From NCBI GenBank assembly GCA_002633005.1, contig NMRA01000047.1:515407-579406 (forward strand): a DNA stretch of 64,000 nt, given 5' to 3'. This document shows positions 51,201-63,823 of the stretch, one piece after another (position 1 is the first letter of the stretch; each line of letters opens with the position of its first letter). Source of the stretch: Phoronis australis (taxonomy: Eukaryota; Animalia; Phoronida). The notes below the pieces were generated by a model, which searched no databases, was not told the DNA's origin, and worked only from the letters and a program-made list of their open reading frames with translations. Made by a program: the position numbers and the translations under genes.

Positions 51201-54200
51201 CAATGCTCGGTGTATCGATGGACGTTGTGAATGTAATTCAGGCTTCAAGAAGATCAACTTTGCCTGTTACGGTAAAGGTCGTATAGTTACTCTATTGCAT
51301 AACCACATGGAATTGTTCCCCAGAGAAGAACTTATTCAGCGAAAACCAGCAACGACATTATAGATTATTAGCTGAAACCTTAGTTTGAGACATAGAGGAT
51401 GTGGATATATGACTTGGTATGCCACCCTACCCCCAAAAATCACCGAAAAACTGACAGAGACTTACGTCTCCGCAAAAAAGAAAACCGGAACATATTTTGC
51501 AGTGGGCGGCTGGAGCTGAATGTTGAAAAAATCATTCCAATGGAATAGACGTACATGATTTGTTTTATCAATAGCTCATTGCTGTTAATAATAGGAATGA
51601 CAGTGCTGTAGCAGTATGATTAATTAACTTCAAAATTACGCGCTTCCTGAGATTGGAGCAACTGGAGATAAAGAGGTTTACAAATATGCAAAGTAACAAC
51701 GAAGACCAGTGCCCGGTTGCATGAAACGGTCCCTAAAATTTAGGGACGTCCCTAAGACTTAAGGACATCTCTAACATTCAGGGACTGTTTCATGCAACCG
51801 GGCGCAGGAGTCTTTGGATTGTGCCCAGTTTTAAATGCTGGCGTATCTTATCTTATACCTCGCCGCGTTGATAGTTTTGGTACTAATGTCGTCAGTGGTT
51901 GTGCTACAGATGTCCAAATTGGTGATGACTATAATATAATCAATTTTATGTTATTATTACGTCTTACAGATGTCACTCCATGCGAAGATGGCGGCTCGGT
52001 CTGCAACAATACGGATCAACACTGCAACAAGATGACCAGGTCTTGCCTGTGTAAGGATTCCAAATTACTGAAAAATGGCACATGCTGGCGTAAGTCGTGT
52101 TAACAAGAAAATAGGTTTTCATAAAAATTGTATATTTAAAATTGCTTATTTAAATTGTTGTGACCAGTTTCGATTGCCTTAAAACGCGTCAGTGGAAATT
52201 TAAGCACTCTACATTAGTTTTATCACTTTCACCTACCTGTAAATTTCAGGAAAAGAAGATGTACGGTGTATCGAGGGAGGCTATAAATGTGACGATCTCC
52301 AATATCACTGCAAATCAAGAAAGTGCGTTTGTAAGTTTTTCTCTATCCGTTTCACTCAACACGGCCTAAATGCTGTTTTTAAAGTCCACTGAGTCTGAGC
52401 ATTCTTTGACCAGGTTGGGGAGCCAAGGACGTAGCGGGTACGTGTCAGTGGCGGATCTACGGGAGGGGTTCAGGGGGTTTAAGCCCCCCCCTCGGGCCAG
52501 GACCCAAAAATTAAAAAAAAAAACAAAAGCGTCTCCAGCAAAACAAAAACGGCACCGCCAGCGTGTGTAAACCCCAAGTAAACCAACTTGGAAAAAATTG
52601 AGGGGGGGGGTCACTCTGAAATTATAATTTTTTTTGCATTGTAAATTGCTGAGTATTCGTGGCTCATCGGCAAAACGCGCGGGGATTTATTGTGCGCGCG
52701 CTTCCGTCGACACTTCTGAAGTAGCCAAGCATTTTAGATGGATTCACCGCTGAAAGAGCAGTTCTATAGCTGATTTCTTTAGGTAACTAGCTTCTTTACT
52801 CTAAGATATATTTTGATTTGATTAGGGGAAATACTGCGGTGCCGCAACCCTGATATTCAGGCGAATTGACGTGCAACGTTTTTACCTCATCTGTCATGCC
52901 GTGTCATTCTATTACACTCAACACGTTTGTAACTGGTGTATAGTAAAGTTGTCTTGCGCAATATTATACAGTGTACATGTACATGTAATATTGTGTACAT
53001 GTACATGTAATATTTTTGAAAAAAAATCTTTTTCCGAAGAATTGCTATTGTGGCGGGCGCCGTGGTCTGGTCGCGAGTCCGTTTGAAGGCACACTCTATA
53101 ACAAGTTATGTCTATGCAAGGAATGACCAAGGGGGCACTCACATTGAGAAAGTGACCGCATTCGCGAAAAGTGTACAGTACCAGAAATTGCGGGGAGGCT
53201 GTTCTTTCACAACAAAGTCTTGCGGGACTCGTGCGATGATCAATAGGCCTCCTAAGGAGCCCTAGTTCCGACCTCAACACCTACCGTCTGTCTACCTGCA
53301 ATAGGCACACTGCCATCTTCTATACTGGGAATTTCCGCAGAAAGGCTCACCTGATGAAACGCTCATGCCCATGGGCATTTATTTGATATTAGTGCTTCGG
53401 GTTTCAAGCGTTCAGACATTGGGACGTTTATTTCGAAAATTGCAAGAGATGCAAATAGGTCCTGGGATTCTTCGTCAAGGTTTGAAGTAGTCCATGATGA
53501 ACGGATCAAATTTAGTTGCGCATGTACAGTTGTAAGTCTTTTGAATGGACTTGGCAACCTCAAGAGTCTTAATGTCAACTGAGCTGCGAAACGAGATGCT
53601 GACATTGTAGAGGCTTACAAGCTCATTGACACAGCAGTTGACGAAGTGGCAAGCGTTGGGAACAAGCATCGAAGATATCTGGGTAGAATGGTTCCAAGAG
53701 CAGCAAACCATTGAATCCTCGGCAGTCTAGACAACAGAAGGATAGGACTAACCTATGAGTAACCACTGGGGATTAAAATATTAGAGAGAAGTTTTCAATT
53801 CAAAATTTTTTGCATAGTACACTTTAGGTCTCGCGACGGACCAGGCCAGCTTGATTTGTGAAGATGTTGAGTTTCAGTGTACTTCTGCTCCCTCGGCGAA
53901 CTAGTCTTGTGATTTTTTTACCAAAGTGTGCTTTGTAAAACTATTTATCTCAGCCAGTACTGTTTGGTCCCGCGACAGATCGAGTATTTTTATACGGATA
54001 ATAAGCACAGGTTAGTGTACTCTTGGTCTCGTGACGGACCAGGTCAGCTTTTTGTGTACTCTCTGTGTACATCTGGTCCCTATGCAAACTAGTCCAGTGT
54101 ATCTTTTCACCACTGTGCACAGGATGTTTTGGTTTCGTGAAACTGTTTTCAGATGATTTGTTTCCTGATAGATTTGACGTTTTTCAATTGTTGTCAACGT

Positions 54201-57200
54201 GATTCAGCTTAATAAAGTGATACCTAATTATTTATTGTCGCTTTTAATACTAGAATATGAGTTGAGAGCACCATCGTTCGCCAGTTTTTCTCGTAACGAG
54301 ACAGAACCCATGTTTATTTCCGGACTAACAGTACAGGTCTTCGTTCTTAAACAACTTGAGGCTGCTGTTACGCGATCATCTGATATTCAAGTTTTTACGC
54401 CCCGTCGGTGCTCCTTAATTATGCTCTTGAATATTTGGAAATTGTTTAAACCCCTGTACATGTATACACACCACACTTTTTCGTATACGACTTATCGTAT
54501 GCTAAAAAGGTGTGTGTAAGCAGATGTTCCAACAAAAATTTTTGCTGGTGGCGTGACTCATACCCAGATGTGCACAATATGGTTTCACGAAACTTATGTG
54601 CCAAGTTCATGTGACGGTCGAAATCGAGAACGGTTTTTAATTATCTTAAGAAAAACTCCAGAGACATGTTAAGTGACAAAAATTACCAATATGCATGGAA
54701 ATTTCACTATTTGGCTCGGGAGGGGAAACCCCCCTCCCGACCTCCCCCCGCTCGGCGCTACNNNNNNNNNNACGCGACTAGGATTCTACCTTGGCGGGAA
54801 TCCTAACCCCCCCCTTGCTGAAAACGTAGATCCGCCACTGCGTGGTAACCCATCTATCAAAAACAGAGATGTCAAATAATTACTAAATTACTAAATATCA
54901 CATCTTCCTTGAGTCCAGTATAAGGCAAGCTTGAGAAAAAGTCAATGAGGGCGGTTACGTCGCATTTCCAGAGCGTTGTGTTAAAAAAGATGTGCTTATC
55001 AGAAAATCTTCTCAAATACTTTCATGCACTGTTTAGCACACGAAGTAAAGCAGTTTCAAATTTTCAGCTAAATATCTGGAATGTTCAAACGCAACAAAAG
55101 TTGAAGGGGAACTGAGCAATTGCTACTGCGTCGCCAACTTTGCAGAAAATCCATACTTGCAGTGGCAGATGTCATCTGCCCTGTACCCTCGTGCAGAAGG
55201 AGTAACGCCATTGAAACTGTCGTTTGTTCTAAATCGTCAGCACAATCTCGAACTGTTCGTGTGCTCATCATCCCTGACCAACCAGGAGCTACAACGTATC
55301 CGATTCAACGTGCTCTGTACGGTGTCACATTTTGTTGAGTTACTACAGTTATCTTTTGCCAAAAATTACAGTTGATTGCGGAAGCTAAGTTAATTCGTTT
55401 GTCGAAGTTTTAAAAGGAGACATTGTGTATGAAAGTCCATTCTTTGCCAGGCATCAGTGAAAGTTGTTTAAAATTTGTCCAAAACAGAATCATAACTAAA
55501 AAATGTCGTGCCGATCGGTGGCCTGTTTATTATAAATGTGTCAAGAACAGTAGGGAAAACATTCTAGGAAAATTGTTGGCTGAAAATTACCAAATACGTA
55601 TGTTTCGGTTGACGTAGAGATATTTGGCCCGGAACAAATCGAGGAATGGGCATGAGAAATTCATGGTTTACACTAAAAGAATGTGAAAATATCAAAATTA
55701 TCCTTGTGCTGTTTTTATTTCGATAACATGACACCCCTTCGGATAAGAACTAAAGTTTTCACGCTACTTACAGTTGAACCCTCCCATATTGACTTACTTT
55801 ACGACGGTAAACCAGTAGAAGGAAAAGAAATGATTTTGGTGGCAGGGAATGCATACACGTTCATCTGCGCTAGTTCTGAAGCGAGACCAGCTAGTACACT
55901 CAATTTTAACACGGCTGAGACGGGGTGGTTGACAGGAAGCGTCCACGAAGGCAAGCAGACGAACTCATATGGAGAATATGGCGGACATAGCAGTCGAAAG
56001 TCGATCGTATTGACAGCAAACAAGTTCATGAAACGCCCAGCATTCTGTTGTTCAGTGATTTACCAGCAAAAGTCTTCCTTAAAGATTTGTGTCAATATTA
56101 AAGTGCTTTGTAAGTGTATAAAGACGCATTATGGGTATGTCGAATAAGCTGCAGTCTGCCTACTGAAACGACTCCTATTTTCCTTTTGTTTTACCAGTTA
56201 AAGAGTTCCCACCATGCATTTTCTCAGTTTTTGAAGTTTCAGTTAGCTAATATGAAATGAATAGCATAAATGCGAACTAAAAAAGCACTTTTATGCCAAA
56301 TAGTCGCGATTCTTTTTAATTTTGAATAAAAATAGTTATTTCCAAGTTTCCCGCCAAATGATATAATGAGTGGAAGGGTCACTTGACAATCAATTGCAAT
56401 GCCGGAACACAGCAGAGAAGAAGACAAGGGCAATTTTGAGCGAGCACTAGAGAATTTTTATGCAGAGAGGAGAGTGGATACGGGCATCATACTCAAGTAC
56501 ATGAAGAATCAATGAATTCGATTTCCCACGAAATTTCTTCGGCTTTGAGGCGGTATGAACTCGACCCACCTGCACGAGAAATGCTGTAGACATATGTGAG
56601 TCACAACCAACTGAACCACGGGGTGGTCAGTATTCACAAAACTGACACTTAATAATCACTGACAAAGGCCACAGTAAACCTGGGCCACTCGTATTCACTA
56701 GTGCCATTATGGAATGAGAACGCCACGGTCTAAACACAACGTAAATACAATGCTTAAGCCTAGATGTCGTAGCAATCGATATGGGTCGGGATCGGGGGCC
56801 TGGCATCACACGCCCCAGAATGGAAGCAGTTTGTTCGTTGTTTATGAAATTGTCAAATACACTTACAAGGTGGCGAGTCCTTCATCGTAACGCCGATTTT
56901 GTGTTGGGTCGAAACACGATTCCTTGAAATGTGCCGAACAAAGTGTGGCTCCTGACTGAATCGCAGGCTCCCCAGTGACATTCCACACTCTTCTGCAGCG
57001 CACAAACCGCAACTTTCACATAGTCAGGAAATTTGAACACAGAGGCGTTCTCAGTGAAGTTGTTGTTACTACAGCCTCCACAAAAGCATCTTTTCTTGTC
57101 TGAAAAAGGTTGCTCTTCGCGGACTTTCCTCACAACTCAACAGTATCGCACTGGTAAAAACAACAACGGCGGAGACGGTCTTCCACTCGTTACATACAAC

Positions 57201-60200
57201 CCCGATAACAGAAAAATATATTTTTAAAAATTTTTGACTTGTTTCTTAGCAACAGGTATACTAAAGGCTATTGAATCTCTTAAAATGTACTAATAAAATT
57301 CTTTTTGAGACACAGGGTCATGGTGGGAACTATTAAAAGCCTCCATGTATCTCATCTGTCTTAAAATCTGGGAACAGCGTCGTAAGTCTTTGGTATTTTA
57401 TGGTCAATTCTTGTCCATAAGTGAATCTCATTAACTGTTTTTCACGCCTTGTTTTAATTCTCTGTATATGAAATACAAAAGAATGGCTATCGGATGAATG
57501 AAAATTTTCCAGTTCTCTTTTAAATTTCACAGTAAATACGTAATTGCTTTCCACACTCAATATGCTAGCCCTTTGCGAGAAACTGTATTTTTGCAGATGG
57601 TCCGGAAGATTTAACCATGAGTGTCAATGGAAGTGATCTAGGAGGAAATCTGTCGGCTGTTCACGGAGAAAATTATACGGTCACGTGTAAAACTGACGCA
57701 GTTGCACTAAGCGTCAGCATGTTCTTCGAGAACGTTCCAGCAGCATTCACAAGTCAAGTCATACGGGAGACCGAGGCAAACGGCGACGTTAAGTTCTCAA
57801 TGTCAATGACTTTTACGGCACACGACGAGTTAAATAGGAAGGCGCTAAAATGCATAGCTATTAATTCCCACGACCACCGATTGAATCGTACAGAATCCCT
57901 CAATATCCGAGCTTTGTGTACTGCTTTAATTATTTTATCACAGGGTGTAAAACAAAATTTTCAAAACAATTGTGTTGTCATTGTGGGAGGTTAACACTAT
58001 CTAATTATTGAGGATGTTTTTTCATAAATGCACATCTACAATTAATTTCTGATGCGCTTACATTTTTTGTACAATTTGCGGTTTAACTCTTATTAATTCG
58101 GTAAAAAACGTTAGTCTAATTTGACTTCGTAAGTAAACCGTAGAGCATTCAAAGTGTATCGTCACATTGATTCTGTATCATTTCTAATTCTTAGTATCGT
58201 CTATTTTGCAAAAGTTGGCCCCCTTAGTGTTACGATCACTTCAAACTCAACGGGTCTGGTGCAAGGACGACTTACCGTTTTGGCTGGACACTCAATTTTG
58301 TTAACATGTGTAACGGACAGCGTGAATGAGCGAGCTTTGCTTGTCTGGAAGTATCCTCCGACATTAAGAGCGAACACTGTTGGTACTAAGACAACGGAAA
58401 GCGTTTACGGAGGACGAACGTTTGAGGAAAGTCTTGTCATATCTCCATCCAGCTCAGAAAATGGAATTACCGTCCTATGTGAAGCTTCCAATGCTGCTCA
58501 ACGCACACTTAAGGACACCAAGACCATACATGTCGACGTCCTGTGTAAGTCAGCAGTGCTTCAGTCACAACTGGCAGCTACCGGGACTTTTGTCAAAAAA
58601 CAATTACTCAGGCATGGCCCGTGTGTCGTGAAAATTGTTTTGCCATTGCGAAACACGAACTATATTCAAACCGTTGGCGAAGAAGCAGCGTTAACCCGTG
58701 CTTCCAGTTTTATGTTATGATTTAAGCCACTTGCCGTTATAAAATAGGTCTGGTTTTGTTTCTTGATCAGTTTAAAACTGACTGATTCAGACTAGGGACT
58801 AAACTTTCAGTTTGCCTCTACTTCAGAACCAAGCACATAGTATTTCCGGTCACAACAGCTAACAATTCATTGACACGATCAGAAGAAACAATAAAGCTCT
58901 GAAATCACCTCCAGTTTGAGAAAGAAATAATTTGAGGCTAGTTCCATAACCGACGTTAAGTGGTATTAATCAAACATTGTTTCTTTCAGGGAAGGCGGGA
59001 TAATACGGCCGTTTTAAAGGAGCATGCCACCCAAAAACAACCTAATTTGTATCAATTTAGATCGAGTAGTTCTACTCCATAACGACACGTACGGTTGCGT
59101 TACCTGACACCTGACGGTAGACGGAGGTGTTGAAATTATCCAATGACGTCATCGGTTTCACCGTGACACGCAGTCTGTTCAGCAGTTCACAACACGGGTT
59201 ACTGGTGTCAGCTTATCGCTTGAAATCATCGTTTAACACCAATAAATCATCAAACTTCGATGTAAAACCCTTAAAAATACACCGAGTTCTTATAAAAACG
59301 TGTTGTTCTATTTCGCTCTTACGGATTTATTGGTATTTGAACACGCCGTAGCCTACAAAGTTCGGCAGGCCAATAAGGTCCGTAGCAGGAGTTTGGGGTG
59401 TGTTCGGAGATAATTTCGAAGTATTTTCCGTGAGATACAGACAGGAGAACTTAGATCTGTGTTATTTAGACTTGTGATTTTTTGAGTTCTAAGCACAAAA
59501 CGCTTGTTATCCTGGCCAGTGGCTCGGAGCCCGATCACGCTTGTCGCGGCCGGCCGGCGGGATCGGACTCATTATCCCGGCCAGTGGCTCGGAAACTGAT
59601 CAGACATCACGAACATAAACCAGCCAAAGTTTAGTGGAAATTAAACTTCCAGTCAATAAAATACTATACTAGTGAGACAAAGTAATGTGCACGTGATTAT
59701 GTTGGTGGATTAGCCACAAAACTGCAAATCTACTTACTCGTCGGGGGCTGCGGCGAATTCAGGTTCCGCTTTTGCCACAGCACCGTCGGGGCAGAAGTTG
59801 TACATTGACAATCATTATTTGAGTAATGTAAATGTAATTAAGGTTCCCGTAACACCTGGCCGTGGGATGGAAATCGAGTTGTTTCACAACAGTTTCTGCC
59901 AGCAAACACTAAATTAGCATGAGCTCACACGGCCTCGGTGTCCCGTCAATTAGTTTTATTGCACCTAAAGCCGGTGATTTATTCATTGCTGGCTTCTCAA
60001 ATCATTTGCACTCACGAAAACTCCAAAGGCATTACAAATTGCATCTAATGAGACAGACTTTGTTTCAGTTTTATATAAGTATTGGTTAGGGTGAGAATAA
60101 TTCGTTTTTGAAAAAGAACGCTCAGTAATAAACGCCAACATGGCAGCTCGCAATCCCGACTTAGGACGAGCTAGAGCTTATTAGTCCCGACTTTGCAGGT

Positions 60201-63103
60201 GGATCGTTAAGTTTTACAGGCTATCAATTCGAACAGGAATACAGTGATGAAGAAATACCAGAGAGGCGCCGTGAACAAGCTCAGACAACGGAACGTATGG
60301 AGTTATTTGGTAAGCCGGCATTCGTGAGGCACTGTTGACGTCTGACTTCCTAAGCATTTCGGACTCTCGAGGAAGTAAAAAACATATACCCGCTTTTCTC
60401 GCAGCTGCTTAGTTCGGACAAGCGGGAACGATGCACCGCAACATAGCGGAATTCACTCTGCATATGAACCATTGACGCCGACAGTGTCCTTTCTCACCTT
60501 CCTCACAGGTTAACGCGACACCTCTTGGCAAGGTATGGTCGACCGTATGCGAGGCGATGTGGATATAGACCGATTAAGACGGCAAAAACGACTAAATATA
60601 TCGGGTGGCATTCTCCTTTAAGTGTTAGTTAATACTGAATGCGTTCAATAGTTAGACATGCGTGTTTAGTTTCAAAACACTTACGCATATCTCGGCTGTT
60701 CTAACCGGTATATACTAACAGCAAGTTCCCTATAATCGTATCCAGTTGGTTTACACGATATTGGCTCTACCAATGTAAATTTTGTAGTCGGACCACTGGC
60801 AGTTTACATTAAGCTTCAGAATCGTCGAATATCCGGAATTATGGATGTGGACGACGGTTTTGAATACTCGCCAGTCTGTGAGACTGATAGTGTGTTCCCA
60901 AACTGCGAAATAATTTGGAGCTATCCAACCAAACTCGAGGCCACAATCCGCGACATTTATCCAGACAGAAGTGGGAATCACGGCGGCGAAATCTATAACA
61001 GACCCATAACGTTCTTGGCGACAAAAGATAAACACGGAGTTCAAATAAGATGCAACGCAACAAATCCCAACGTTGCGTCGGTAACTGTCAGCACAACTCT
61101 TAATGTACGGTGTAAGTAGTGTAGTTAAATCTTCCTAGGAAAACTTTCACTTGTGTCTGCTCAGTTGTGGATAACGTAACTTTGCGCAATACATTGGAAA
61201 CGTGTGCACTATATACCATTTTGAAGTCAAACGCAGTCAGCTTTAACGTTACGTTTAACTCAGTTGAATGTATACTCCTTCAATCTTCTTATCTGCTTTC
61301 AGATGGTCCAAAGGACATTTCCTTAACGTCGAACGTAGGAAGTTTAGAAAATGACATTTTGACATTAACCGAGGGCCAGCAGGTGTCGCTGTCTTGCAAA
61401 CATGGTGATGCAAGACCCAAGGCTTTAGTTAGCTTCGTTTATCCATCCTTTTTCACCATCGCTGCTGAAATGATACTTACAATGGGAACCGTTCATCAAG
61501 TTATTGGCAAATCTTTGACGTTTGGTGTCCATGGAAGATATCACAACGCCAGAATTACTTGTACGGCCGTTAATAACGAAACATCGGCTTTTCAAGTCGA
61601 GACATTTGTCAACCTGAACATTTGGTGTAAGTTGAGTTTCCCTTTTAAAACATGATCGATTATTATGATGACATGCTTTGTAATACTTGAGTGAAAACAC
61701 GGTCGTACTTTCTGTTAGACAGCTTATTCGACTCACTCGCTCATTCTCTATGTACAATTTCCGAACTTCCGGTGTGTTGTGAAGCAGACTGCCACTAGAC
61801 ATTACAAACAAACAAGTTAAAATAGCAGTTATATTTCGAAAGCACATGTCTCATCCTCAGGCACTTGGCAAAATGAAAGTGGTGTTATTTGACAATCAAA
61901 GTTATAGAAATACGGTACCTCAGAATCTACTTAATAATGACGCCGTTCTTTTTCTGTCTAATCTTTATTGTGGAAAAAGACAGGGAAACGAGGCATGTGT
62001 GGAGACGATGCGTGATTCCTTATAAGAATATCTCGTAACAACATTGTTTCCGATATTTGGGTGGAGTTCGCGCAATTCGAAAGTACATCAGCTAATTTTT
62101 TTTTCTATCAACACAGAACTTTTGACTCATTTCCATAAATTAAAAAGAACGGTTGTAAACCCACCTCATTCGAAACAAAACAATTTTGGATTTAGACCAC
62201 TTACCGTTACGGAGTAGGTCTCACACTGTTCCTTAGTCAACGCAGTTGTTTGTGACGGGTTGGAACTGACTAAGAACTGGGAGTTACGTCATTGCTTGAG
62301 ACCAGCCTCCCGTTCAGTAACGCTAGGACCTACGCTAGGACCTACGCTAGGACCTACGCTAGGACCTAGCTGAATTCTAGCCAAAGTCACGTGTTCTCAT
62401 TTAAAATATTAAAATACACGACAATACCTCACGTAATCTCGCGAAGTCTTGCTTTTTAGCGAGGACCTAGTGGGACTAAACGGGAGGCACTACATCATGT
62501 AGGCTTCATGTTGACTTGTGGCGACGTGTCATTTTAATCGTCGAGCATAATTTCGAGCACTAGCAATGTGCCGGCTATTTAAAAGGAAAACAAGATTCAA
62601 TTCCCATCTGAGTATGAAATACGTTGAGACCATTTTTATAGCCTGTAAGTGGTCTAAATCAAAAGTTTGTTTCTTCGTAAACGCTATAAGAAAGTTGACT
62701 CTGGAAGATGACATGATTCTCGACGCTTTTATTCAGACAAAGGAAACTCATAATGTGTCGGTTCTGACATTTTCATGTTATTTTACAGGTGGCCCTGAAC
62801 TTCGACTCAGTGCCAAGGGAGGCCAGTTAGTGGGAAATGTACTGCACGTTATCGAAGGAAAGCAATTTGAGGTCACGTGTCATGCAGACTTTACGAACCC
62901 GGCTCCCACAATTCAATGGGATTACGATATTTCTGTGTTTGTTTACGTAAGCGAAATGAAGAAGAATTCAAAAGCTTCGAGTTATAGCAAGACACTTATA
63001 ATGACCCCAAATCTGGAAGATTTTAACACAACGTTGAAATGCGAGATACATAACCCTAAAACAGGAGTCAGAAAAGAACAGGAAATTCCACTTCAACTGA
63101 CCT
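42272..63103 (+). CDS. Large secreted or cell-surface protein: signal-like segment, 4-Cys modules, EGF/EB-like modules and at least 7 Ig-like (C2-set, nephrin/hemicentin-like) domains; start codon not located, 3'-partial
   Basis: Symmetric phase-1 exons: 42272-42328 (hydrophobic KQFTVLALMTIFVK, tentative), 42898-43008, 43769-43888, 45295-45402, 46623-46754 (GC donor), 47816-47929, 48443-48553, 48792-48869, 51155-51271, 51970-52089, 52250-52330. Then Ig exons 55068-55316, 55774-56109, 57597-57917, 58215-58544, 60788-61111, 61303-61626 and 62789-63103, each with a C...C pair and most with a start GP and an end L-N/D-V-x. All lengths are multiples of 3 and open. That they form one transcript is inferred. 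Confidence 0.82.
45722..46022. mobile_element. TTAA-type Kolobok-like MITE, copy 2
   Basis: Inverted ends AGGATACTAAACCC ... GGGTTTAGTATCCT, flanked by CTAA and TTTAA. The interior is homologous to 24971-25306. Confidence 0.72.
48268..48330. repeat. (TAT/TAC)n microsatellite
   Basis: Runs of ATTACT and ATT. Confidence 0.85.
51711..51803. mobile_element. Tiny MITE/hairpin of about 93 bp
   Basis: GCCCGGTTGCATGAAACGGTCCCT ... AGGGACTGTTTCATGCAACCGGGC, a 24-bp inverted repeat with 1 mismatch. Confidence 0.75.
52446..54840 (+). mobile_element. Decayed hAT-superfamily DNA transposon in an intron of the EGF/Ig gene (contains an assembly gap)
   Basis: Perfect 16-bp inverted ends CAGTGGCGGATCTACG ... 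CGTAGATCCGCCACTG with G/C-rich subterminal runs. Plus-strand remnant at about 53420-53720 (...NLKSLNVN*AAKRDADIVEAYKLIDTAVDEVASVGTSIEDIWVEWFQE) resembles PRKRIR/ZMYM1-like hAT transposases. No clean 8-bp target-site duplication. N-run at 54762-54771. Confidence 0.72.
56202..57331 (-). mobile_element. Kolobok-like non-autonomous element with a frameshifted THAP domain
   Basis: TTAA|AGAGTTCCCACCATG ... CATGGTGGGAACTA|TTAA. The minus strand encodes KRCFCGGCSNNNFTENASVFKFPD, then after a frameshift RFVRCRRVWNV...ATLCSAHFKESCFD, which completes a C2CH THAP signature. Confidence 0.8.
59018..60617. mobile_element. 1.6-kb TTAA-flanked Kolobok-like element
   Basis: TTAA|AGGAGCATGCCACCC ... GGGTGGCATTCTCCT|TTAA (purine-purine start, not the CCC of piggyBac). 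Internal duplicated TTATCC(T/C)GGCCAGTGGCTCGGA at about 59507 and 59572. Plus-strand fragment GYQFEQEYSDEEI at about 60219. Confidence 0.82.
62304..62489. mobile_element. Small MITE-like element with an internal 12-bp tandem array
   Basis: Inverted ends GCCTCCCGTTCAGT ... ACTAAACGGGAGGC. ACGCTAGGACCT x4 at about 62320-62367. Confidence 0.6.
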
Positions 63104-63823
63104 GTGAGTAAAACAACCGTGCTGGTATGAGCGGCCATTTATGCAAAAAACATCAAATTCATATTCAATTCCATTTAATGAACTCGATGCCAATTTTACG
63201 GCAATTCAATTCTCTCTTGCGCATTCATTGGTATGCTGTTTTGTTTATTCTAACCTCTGTTTTGTGAATTCAATGCTGTTTAATCGATTCTGTTTCGTCT
63301 ATCCAATCGTGCTTTGAAGTCAATCCAGTTTCATCGATTTTGTATCGTCAATCCTGGCGGCCTATGTTCGAAACCAATAACTTAGTGTATTCTATCCTGT
63401 CATCCGTTTTGTTGATTCTGTTTCGCCAATCCTAGCGGCGCATGGATGAAACCAATGTGACGCATGTGCGCATGCGTTTGAGTGTCCCGGATGTCTGCGC
63501 ATTGCGTTATTTGCTATGACACTCGTTAGAAGCGAAGCACACGGGCACTTGAGTTTATTTGTTCCTCGTTCACCACTGACATCACTCGCTACCAATAAAA
63601 CATAACGGATGGACACAAAAATCGGTTTCCTCAGAGTTTTTTACTCAAATGTGCATGGAACTCTGCGAAATCAGCATCGAACAAATCATTGAATACCTGT
63701 TTACACTTGATCACATCAAACTGTCTTCGAGGTGATCTGATGACGAAAAATGTCAAAAAACACCAAAATAAAAAAATCAAGATGTTCATGGCAGACAACC
63801 TTCGTACACATCCGGATTTTTCA

